The translations under genes were made by a program, and so were the position numbers. Positions 1 through 6,203 of a DNA stretch of 16,604 bases are shown here, in pieces (position 1 is the stretch's first letter; every line of letters starts with the position of its first letter). The stretch lies in IMG/VR virus record IMGVR_UViG_3300045988_181454, positions 1 to 16,604 of that record. One strand, given 5' to 3'. This DNA comes from a virus. The notes below the pieces were generated by a model. The model was not told the DNA's origin. It worked only from the letters and a program-made list of their open reading frames with translations, and searched no databases.

Positions 1-334
1 GGGGTATATATACACAACCACATTACAACTGCCCCATCAGTCACACCAGTAACATCCGTAACATGATCTACATCACACACCCTCTAGAACGCGCTGTAAC
101 CCACCTAGAACGGACGAAAAAATCGGCCCAGGCGTGGACACACACCCACCTATGCCGATCGTTTCTAGGGCCCTTACAGTGCGTCTGAGGGCCGTCTGAG
201 TCGGCTGGGTCCGGTGCTGTGTCTCGCGACGGCCCGATCCGTGTTTGTGGCCCACGTCACACTAATTTCCGTGAGGCGCATTACAGCGGGCGCCTGTCAA
301 GGGCATCCTGTGTGGCGTTGGTCACGCACCCAAA

Positions 335-350
335 TTAACCGATCGGTTAA
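335..350. promoter_or_regulatory. Perfect 16-bp palindrome TTAACCGATCGGTTAA, a candidate protein-binding or operator site (mirror at 16255..16270)
   Basis: The sequence is self-complementary, and the same half-site recurs in the second module. A binding function is inferred only. Confidence 0.4.
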
Positions 351-422
351 ATGGCGCGCATCACAATCACGGTCTGTCAAGATCGAGCGAGCGTGGCGTC
401 GGTCACAAACTGTCCCTAAATT

Positions 423-438
423 AACCGACCGGTCGGTT
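423..438. promoter_or_regulatory. Perfect 16-bp palindrome AACCGACCGGTCGGTT, with the same AACCGA/TCGGTT half-sites separated by CCGG (mirror at 16167..16182)
   Basis: The sequence is self-complementary. It lies about 27 bp upstream of the -35 box of the predicted early promoter. Confidence 0.4.
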
Positions 439-464
439 GGTGATCGGCCTCACACGAAACTGGG

Positions 465-493
465 TTGACATGGGCAGTCGTCGGCGCCATTAT
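465..493 (+). promoter_or_regulatory. Predicted left early promoter, TTGACA-N17-CATTAT
   Basis: TTGACA lies at 465..470, followed by a 17-nt spacer and CATTAT at 488..493. It faces inward, about 50 nt upstream of the ATG at 545. Confidence 0.55.
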
Positions 494-544
494 TAAGTCA
501 TCACCACAGAGGTGACGGACCAACCGAACAGAGAGGAACAGAAA

Positions 545-781
545 ATGATCACTCACGTGAACCCCTACGATGCCAGTGTCGCCCACACGTCCCGCAACGA
601 TGCGGTGAGGGCGATCGAGGACATCATCGTTGAGGCGGGTGGCGACGTGGACGACTACGACATCGAGGCGATCGCCGATGCCGTCCTGGGTCGGCAGGGG
701 CAGGGATATATGACACGGTTTTTCATCGCGGCCGAGGGCGATGAGTTCTGGGCCGCCGTGACCCAGAACACCATTCGGTAA
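545..781 (+). CDS. Hypothetical early protein, 78 aa, strongly acidic
   Basis: The ATG at 545 is preceded by GAGAGGAA (531..538) at good spacing. The ORF track starts at GTG 512, but that codon has no spaced SD. Composition is 14 D/E against 5 R and 0 K. I recognise no family. Confidence 0.7.
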   Translation: MITHVNPYDASVAHTSRNDAVRAIEDIIVEAGGDVDDYDIEAIADAVLGRQGQGYMTRFFIAAEGDEFWAAVTQNTIR

Positions 782-860
782 TCATACCGGTATACCCCGC
801 GTTAGCGGGGATGGGCGGCAATAATGCCGTTATCAGTGAGCATATGTGAGGAGGAATAAA

Positions 861-1388
861 TTGTATGCTCTCTATTCTAAGCCGCGCCCCGTTTTTGTGG
901 TGAATTGGCCGCGCAATAAGTCGGCCGAGGATATCACGCGGTATCTGGCTCACATGAGGGACTGCCCCTATGAGTGGTACGTGGAAGCGGATCGCGGGTG
1001 TGGCGCTATCAGTATCGTGCTCAAGACTCGTGATGAGTGTCCCGCTGTGGCTCAGCGTGGGAAGTCGATCCATATCTATAAGAGTGGGTCATGGGACAAC
1101 TACTATGACGGCGTGGATAGTGGGGATATCGCGTATGTGCCGCGCGGTCGGCGCGTGGGGATGGTCTTTGATGCTGAGGATTTGGATGATCTGCGGTATC
1201 TGGCCGATCGCGGGCATGTGGTGATGGTGAGACCTGATGGGGTCATCGTGGATGGGGAGCGCTACAGCTCCTATATCCTACGGGATGGGGGTGGTGGTCT
1301 TTCGGATCTGCCGTACGGTCACCCGCGCGACTACGCGATCGCTGAGGGTCTGGCGTGTGAGCTCCTACCGGAGAGTGAGTGGTGCTGA
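861..1388 (+). CDS. Hypothetical early protein, about 175 aa
   Basis: The long ORF is 846..1388. A TTG at 861 lies 6 nt after GAGGAGG (848..854), whereas the GTG at 846 has no SD. A strong terminator follows. I recognise no motifs. Confidence 0.65.
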   Translation: MYALYSKPRPVFVVNWPRNKSAEDITRYLAHMRDCPYEWYVEADRGCGAISIVLKTRDECPAVAQRGKSIHIYKSGSWDNYYDGVDSGDIAYVPRGRRVGMVFDAEDLDDLRYLADRGHVVMVRPDGVIVDGERYSSYILRDGGGGLSDLPYGHPRDYAIAEGLACELLPESEWC

Positions 1389-1396
1389 TAGAGTGC

Positions 1397-1433
1397 GAAT
1401 AACCCCGGGACCGATTTGGTCCCGGGGTTATTC
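1397..1433. terminator. Bidirectional intrinsic terminator between the convergent left early genes and the late operon
   Basis: Perfect 16-bp inverted repeat GAATAACCCCGGGACC / GGTCCCGGGGTTATTC with a GATTT loop. It sits between the stop at 1388 (+) and the stop at 1445 (-). Confidence 0.8.
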
Positions 1434-1444
1434 ATGTGCGCGTG

Positions 1445-2179
1445 TCAGCTGTCGGCGGCTGCGAGTCTCTGTGCGGCGGCCTTGTAGGCCTCGGCTGTGA
1501 CCGTCATATCGTATGCGGATTCGTGTACGGCCTCCATGATGTTGTAGAGAGTCGTGCTTGAAACGTGGATGTTTTTCACGCCGATTTCTGCGAGCGCGAC
1601 GGCCTGGGGGTAGGAGATTCGCTTGCAGGAGTGGCAGTTGAGGAGGTATCCGACTTCTTTCTCATCAGTCAGGATGAGCATTTCAGGTTCCTCTCCGGGA
1701 AGGGTTTCCGTAGTGTCGTTTTCGGTATCTCCGGTGTATCGGAGGATGTAGTCCCATGGGTAATCGTAATAGGCGGTTACTTGTGTTTCCCGGCCGGTCT
1801 GGTCGCCAGGTCGGCCGTTAATAATATCGCCGTTCTCATTAATGGCGGCTTCGGCGATTAGCCCGTCGCCGACGTAGGCGGCGACGTGCGCGCCGGGGGC
1901 GAGTAGGATATCGCCGCGCTGTAGTGGTGGGTGGGTGAGTGTCCAGCCGCGTACTGCGAGGGCTGGTAGCAGGTCGTGGGTCGAGTTGGCGTCGCCGGTA
2001 TCGAATCCGGCGTCTCGGAGCGCGGTAATGATGAGGCTGGAGCAGTCCGCGTCTCCGCCGTCGTATACATTCCAGCGGGTATCCTGGCCGTAGCCGAGAT
2101 TGCATTCCTTGCAGTACCAGACCATTCGGTCGCAGAAATAATTAAGGTCGCTCATTGTCGTCATTCTTGCTGATCGCAT
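1445..2179 (-). CDS. Endolysin: N-terminal cysteine peptidoglycan hydrolase (Amidase_5 / NlpC-P60-like) plus a C-terminal domain of unknown type
   Basis: It has a Cys motif (GGDADCSSLIITALRDAG) and a His motif (APGAHVAAYVGDG). INENGDIINGRPGDQTGRE...YPWDYILRY resembles phage and prophage peptidoglycan amidohydrolases, judged from memory. It lies directly after the holin. There are three in-frame ATGs (2179, 2164, 2155), so the start is uncertain. Confidence 0.8.
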   Translation of the reverse strand: MRSARMTTMSDLNYFCDRMVWYCKECNLGYGQDTRWNVYDGGDADCSSLIITALRDAGFDTGDANSTHDLLPALAVRGWTLTHPPLQRGDILLAPGAHVAAYVGDGLIAEAAINENGDIINGRPGDQTGRETQVTAYYDYPWDYILRYTGDTENDTTETLPGEEPEMLILTDEKEVGYLLNCHSCKRISYPQAVALAEIGVKNIHVSSTTLYNIMEAVHESAYDMTVTAEAYKAAAQRLAAADS

Positions 2180-2351
2180 TTCCCGCTGCTACTCCCAGAA
2201 TGGCGGCGAGAAGCGTGTTGATCGCGCCGGAAATATCCCCGTCAATGTAGCCGCGGGCTGCGAGTGCGCCGCTGATGGCGATGCCGATGGTGTAGAGGAT
2301 GCGCCTCTGGGTGGGGGTGAGGCGGAGCTTGGAAATGGAATGCTTGCCCAT
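2142..2351 (-). CDS. Holin candidate, 69 aa
   Basis: It has two hydrophobic segments (ILYTIGIAISGALAA and AINTLLAAILGVAAGNAI) and a charged C-terminus (KNDDNERP). It overlaps the endolysin start. Its start forms a TAATG overlap with the ATPase stop. Confidence 0.7.
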   Translation of the reverse strand: MGKHSISKLRLTPTQRRILYTIGIAISGALAARGYIDGDISGAINTLLAAILGVAAGNAISKNDDNERP

Positions 2352-3346
2352 TATTTAAGAAAGATTCCTTTCAGGATCGAGCGAGTTTTAGGGGAGTCGA
2401 ATCTCATGCGTCCGTGCCGGAATTGGGTGCGGAGCATGGTCATGATTTTATCGCCGTATGCTACTTGGACCTCGCCTTCACGGAGATTATCGTGGTCGAA
2501 TGCCAGCCGGGGCAGCTCGCCTCTCGGTAGACGTTCCTGAGCATACCATAAATCCTTGTGGGTCCAAATCGAGAGTGAGCCCGTGGGGAGTCTCAGTATG
2601 ATAACGGGCGTGGCTTCGGCGGGCTTTTTATCCACCCATACATTGGTGTAGTCGGCGAAGCGATTATCAATGGAGTATGCGGCTCCGACGGGATCCATGT
2701 ATTCGAGGAACTGGCCGAAACGAGTCTGGCGCACGCGCGCACTGAAATCCTCGGACTTAACGAACTGACAGACCACGAAGGCATTTCCGCGTGTCACGAA
2801 CTCCTTGCCGCACGGCTCGATACCCCATTTAATGAAATAGGGATTGTCAATGCTAACGGCGTTGGCGAGCATGAGCACGCGAGTGCGGTCCTGCCAGCGG
2901 TCAACGGTGCTGTAGAAAGAGAGCAGTGAGTCCACTTCGGAGGGGAGGTAGCGAACGTAGCCCTTTTCAATGATGAACTCATCGTAAATAATCCTAGTCA
3001 CCTTGGGATATGATACGGACTTCATCTTCTGGGCGGTGGAGAGTGCCACGAAATATCCGAATGTCACCCACTTCTTCGCGCCCTTCTCTTTATACTGGGC
3101 CTCCCCGCCGTTGACTCGGAAATTGTGGCGCGGGTACTCATGGGCGACGTCTGCGAAGAAAGTCTGTGTGGCACGCATTTCTGTCTTGTACCTGCGCAGG
3201 TATACGAACTCTTCGCCCTTCTCAAGGGCATTCTTCATGACCATGAGTTTTGCGCCGTAGGTTTTTCCGACGCCGCGGGCGCCCACGACCATGTTGATGA
3301 CGCCGTTGTGGGAGAGCAGTTTTCCGAAATCATAGTAGTCAGACAT
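2351..3346 (-). CDS. DNA encapsidation (packaging) ATPase, phi29 gp16-like
   Basis: Walker A is GARGVGKT and Walker B is RIIYDEF. The blocks GEEFVYLRRYK, YLPSEVDSLL, LANAVSIDNPYF and RQTRFGQF match my memory of phi29 gp16. Confidence 0.93.
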   Translation of the reverse strand: MSDYYDFGKLLSHNGVINMVVGARGVGKTYGAKLMVMKNALEKGEEFVYLRRYKTEMRATQTFFADVAHEYPRHNFRVNGGEAQYKEKGAKKWVTFGYFVALSTAQKMKSVSYPKVTRIIYDEFIIEKGYVRYLPSEVDSLLSFYSTVDRWQDRTRVLMLANAVSIDNPYFIKWGIEPCGKEFVTRGNAFVVCQFVKSEDFSARVRQTRFGQFLEYMDPVGAAYSIDNRFADYTNVWVDKKPAEATPVIILRLPTGSLSIWTHKDLWYAQERLPRGELPRLAFDHDNLREGEVQVAYGDKIMTMLRTQFRHGRMRFDSPKTRSILKGIFLK

Positions 3347-4685
3347 AGCGCTTCAATTTCCATTCGCATCCGGTGAAAAGTGATGTGGCGGGGGACGGTC
3401 CGTTGGGGCCCATGGCGCCGTCGGGCCCGCGCATTCCCACGCTGAGGTCGGTGGCGGTTCGGGGGCAGTATTCTATGTGGCCGCCGCCGTCCCACCATCG
3501 GCAGACGATCAAATCGCCCTCCTTGATCTGGGGCACGGCGTTGAATGTGCCGCTCCCCTGGGCCACGACATAACCCGTGGGTGAGTCCCAGATCGCCGCG
3601 GTCCCGTTGGGGTCGATATCCACTCCCAAATATTTCATCATCAAATACCATGTCCAGCCCGAGCAGTCGGATACGCCGGACTGATCCGGGTGCAGACGCG
3701 GCTGATACCATTGATGATACACATATTTTCCGAGTGTGGAGAGCGCTTCCTGGGTCATGCGGTGGATGCGCTCGTCGGCTGTGCCGCCGCCGCCGCCGCC
3801 GGGTTGGCCGCCTGCGCCCGGGGGAGCTTGTCCGGTGCCGATGCCGGTGGAGCCCGTGTGGATCGCCTGCGAGGTGGATATCTGCCAGTGCTCGCCGGTG
3901 GGTGTGGCGCTCGCGGTTATGGTGCGCCCGTCCGAATAATGAAGAATTAAGTTGGAACCCGATTTAGTGATGTAAAGGGGTAGTTTATTCTTCTCCAATT
4001 TATCGGAGTTCTTGGGCGTGGCGGTCCCGGAATTGTCACCCGGCTTGTAGCCGGCGCCGGGCTGGGAGCCGTCGCCGCCCGTGATTTGTACGCCGTTGGT
4101 CTGTAGATTTCGGATCATGGGGACGGCGGTATCATATCGGCCGGGTACGGCGGCGTATTCTCCTTCGGCTTTTACGGCGGCGAGCATTGAGTCCAGTGTG
4201 GCCGGGTGGCCGGCGCCCTCAGCGAGCCGTGTCAAAATTCTCGCGTAATTTCCCCAGCGGTGCATGACGACGATGAGCAGCATGCACGCCTCGGTCTCGG
4301 TTTCGGGGTCGAGGCCGAGTTCGGTGCATCGGGGGATGTAATCATTTGTCAGGTCGGTCTCCATCTGGGAGTCCTGGATCTGGTGCCCGGTCTGGGATGC
4401 GAGTGCGCCTGATAATGCCGTCCTGTCCGCACTGTTCAAATACTGGTATTTGCGTGCGGAAATCGTCCACGAGCTCCGGCCCTGGCCGAGCCAGGAATTG
4501 ACGGTGGCGCCGAAGTCGGTGCCCGCGGGGAATCTTTTCAGTAGATCATAGGCGCGGCCCTGCGTCCATTGCCCGATGCCCAGTGAGAGCGTGTCCGGGG
4601 CGGTGATCGTGCCATAATTCCCTGACGCCTCCACCTGGGCGAGCGTGGCGATGATGCATGCTTTGTGCCGTGCGTCGAAAGTCAT
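3339..4685 (-). CDS. Tail-associated peptidoglycan hydrolase: N-terminal lysozyme/transglycosylase-like domain, Gly-rich linker, C-terminal NlpC-P60/CHAP-like cysteine peptidase (phi29 gp13 position)
   Basis: The N-terminus reads AQVEASGNYG...SLGIGQWTQG. The linker reads GQAPPGAGGQPGGGGGGT. The C-terminus has GVSDCSGWTWYL and WDGGGHIEY (Cys and His). It sits between the appendage and ATPase genes. Confidence 0.8.
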   Translation of the reverse strand: MTFDARHKACIIATLAQVEASGNYGTITAPDTLSLGIGQWTQGRAYDLLKRFPAGTDFGATVNSWLGQGRSSWTISARKYQYLNSADRTALSGALASQTGHQIQDSQMETDLTNDYIPRCTELGLDPETETEACMLLIVVMHRWGNYARILTRLAEGAGHPATLDSMLAAVKAEGEYAAVPGRYDTAVPMIRNLQTNGVQITGGDGSQPGAGYKPGDNSGTATPKNSDKLEKNKLPLYITKSGSNLILHYSDGRTITASATPTGEHWQISTSQAIHTGSTGIGTGQAPPGAGGQPGGGGGGTADERIHRMTQEALSTLGKYVYHQWYQPRLHPDQSGVSDCSGWTWYLMMKYLGVDIDPNGTAAIWDSPTGYVVAQGSGTFNAVPQIKEGDLIVCRWWDGGGHIEYCPRTATDLSVGMRGPDGAMGPNGPSPATSLFTGCEWKLKRYV

Positions 4686-4691
4686 ATTCGC

Positions 4692-6191
4692 TCACCAGAT
4701 GCGCCAGGTGGCGTTCACGTCATAGTACTCCCACTGGGAGAGCTGGTCGCGGCAGGCCAGCTGCCCCTTGTCATTAACATAAACCACTCTGGGATTGCGG
4801 TCGCGTCCATAAACCGTGAAATATGCCGACTCATAGGGGGTCGCCCAGAGCGGCAGGTTCATGAGCACGCTGTCATATCCGGCTGTGGCGCCGCCGACGC
4901 GGAAACTGCCGTCAATGGTGGCGAAATGGTGGAAACGGGAGACGCGCAGGTAGTTGAAGTTCCTGTCCACCTTGTCCGTGGAATTGGGGTAGAGATTCTC
5001 CCAGCCGAAATTGCGCCACGTGTCCCCGCCGTAAATGTAGCGCTGGATGTACATGCGGGCCTGTGTGTAGCCGGCCTCGGTGAAATGGACCCCGCCGCCC
5101 GGTTCATTGGTGGCGGTGGATTCGCCGGGCGTGGCGTAGAACCAGCTCTGGGAGCCTCTGATGATTTCGACGTCGAAGGGCAGGCCGGCCCTGTCCGCCT
5201 CGTTCTCGCGGGCGCTCGCGGAGTGCGCGGTCTGGACGGATTTATTCATCGGGGATGTGGACAGGAAAACCGGGACGACGATGATCCGCGCGTAGGGGTA
5301 GTTGTTCCGGATGAGTCGGAAGACGGTGCCCGCCTGCGACTCGACGGAATTGTTGGCGCGAATATCGTTGAGCATGTCTGCGACGAAGAAGAATCCGGTT
5401 CCCCGTCGCAGGTCCTCAGACATACTCGAAATCGCGTTCTGCGTCTGATAAAGGAATGAGGAATTTGCGGAGGACGTGAATCCGCCGCCGCCGATCGCAA
5501 AATTATGGTGAGCCCAGCCGAAATGATTGCACAGGTCGGCGGTCCACTTATCATTCACGGTGGCATTCGATGAGCCGATGAAAACCGCTCTGTCCCGCGT
5601 ATGCGGGGCGTAGAGGCGGGCGCCCTCCTCGCGCGTGGGTCGCAGGGCGATATCCGCCCGCAGTGCCGAGTGCGCGGCGTCGGCGGCGCTCGCGGCGTCG
5701 GTCTGGGCCTGGACGCGGGCGGTCCGTTCGGCCTCTATGAGTGCTGTGAGGGCGTCTCGGAGCCGGCTGGCGCCGGCCGTGGTGAGCATGCTGATACGGA
5801 TATTGGGATCGGCCGTGGGAGCCGTCGCGTTATCGCCGGTCGCGTCGGCCTGGAAATGCGCCGTGATGATCTTGCCCTTGAAATCATTGACGAAGTCCTC
5901 GGTCGCCTTGTGAAGGGCTGCGATCTCATTCTTCCGGGCGTCAATGTGAGCATCGTACTCGGTGAGGTTCGCAGCGACGTCCTTAATGAACTTGTCAACA
6001 GTATTGTTAACGTCGCGTACGATTTCATCGACGTCGTCCCCGAAACGGTTGCAATAGTCAATGACGTCACTTACCGCTTTGCGCACTTTTTCGAGCAGCT
6101 CGAGGTAGGTGTACCCGTCGGTGCGCGTGAGCGGGACGATATCATTCACGCGCCTGGGGCGGATGAAATAATTATCGGGGATGAGTGTCAT
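4692..6191 (-). CDS. Tail appendage / fibre protein with a central SGNH (GDSL-like) hydrolase domain (phi29 gp12 position)
   Basis: The N-terminal part (about aa 30-190) is helical and Ala- and charge-rich. SGNH-like blocks are VFIGSSNA, AIGGGGF, ADMLNDI and GGVHFTEAGY. The C-terminal domain of about 110 aa is unknown. RBS GAGAGGA lies 7 nt before the ATG. Confidence 0.8.
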   Translation of the reverse strand: MTLIPDNYFIRPRRVNDIVPLTRTDGYTYLELLEKVRKAVSDVIDYCNRFGDDVDEIVRDVNNTVDKFIKDVAANLTEYDAHIDARKNEIAALHKATEDFVNDFKGKIITAHFQADATGDNATAPTADPNIRISMLTTAGASRLRDALTALIEAERTARVQAQTDAASAADAAHSALRADIALRPTREEGARLYAPHTRDRAVFIGSSNATVNDKWTADLCNHFGWAHHNFAIGGGGFTSSANSSFLYQTQNAISSMSEDLRRGTGFFFVADMLNDIRANNSVESQAGTVFRLIRNNYPYARIIVVPVFLSTSPMNKSVQTAHSASARENEADRAGLPFDVEIIRGSQSWFYATPGESTATNEPGGGVHFTEAGYTQARMYIQRYIYGGDTWRNFGWENLYPNSTDKVDRNFNYLRVSRFHHFATIDGSFRVGGATAGYDSVLMNLPLWATPYESAYFTVYGRDRNPRVVYVNDKGQLACRDQLSQWEYYDVNATWRIW

Positions 6192-6203
6192 GGCATGGTC
6201 CTC

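Larger units (their letters stand above)
294..440 (+). repeat. Two tandem modules of about 80 bp inside the left ITR (mirror copy at 16165..16311)
   Basis: CTGTCAAG occurs at 294..301 and 374..381. TGGCGTYGGTCAC occurs at 313..325 and 394..406. AAATTAACCGA occurs at 332..342 and 418..428. All three keep the same order with an 80 to 86 bp offset. Confidence 0.8.
1..550. repeat. Left inverted terminal repeat (ITR), 550 bp
   Basis: I checked by eye that 1..180 and 461..550 are the exact reverse complement of the right end. The ORFs 73..255(-) and 214..468(+) have identical translations to 16350..16532(+) and 16137..16391(-), which covers the rest. The first mismatch is base 551 (a) against the complement of 16054 (g). 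Confidence 0.97.

Noticed and set aside
73-255. A 60-aa ORF on the - strand inside the ITR, duplicated at 16350..16532
   Set aside because: I found no RBS and no promoter driving outward transcription. The product is low-complexity and Arg/Thr/Gly-rich, and the ORF runs toward the genome end. I treat it as spurious.
295-380. Outward-facing TTGACA boxes (complement of TGTCAA at 295..300 and 375..380) as promoters for a terminus-directed transcript
   Set aside because: The best -10-like hexamers (TGTAAT, TGTGAT) lie only 9 nt from the -35-like box. Nothing acceptable lies at 16 to 18 nt. The boxes are more likely part of a repeated protein-binding module.
214-468. An 84-aa ORF inside the ITR, duplicated at 16137..16391
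   Set aside because: It has a GTG start with no SD. It spans the tandem DNA modules, and its internal peptide repeat simply mirrors the DNA repeat. It uses CTA, TTA and several TCA codons that genuine genes here almost completely avoid. It is most likely non-coding regulatory DNA.
512-544. GTG 512 (and its mirror at 16093) as the start, giving a shared 13-residue N-terminus MTDQPNREEQKMI on both terminal proteins
   Set aside because: The GTG is immediately abutted by AGAGG with no spacer. The ATG at 545 has GAGAGGAA at canonical spacing. I cannot exclude the GTG without proteomics.
782-860. Small hairpins (CCCCGC-GTTA-GCGGGG at 795..810 and CGGCA-ATAA-TGCCG at about 815..828) as a terminator between the two left early genes
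   Set aside because: The stems are only 5 to 6 bp with no U-tract. That is too weak to call, and the second gene's RBS follows directly, so co-transcription is more likely.
3235-3711. A 158-aa ORF on the - strand that overlaps the tail lysin and ATPase junction in another frame
   Set aside because: It is an Arg/Pro-rich alternative-frame product inside two genes with strong homology support. It has no independent start signals.
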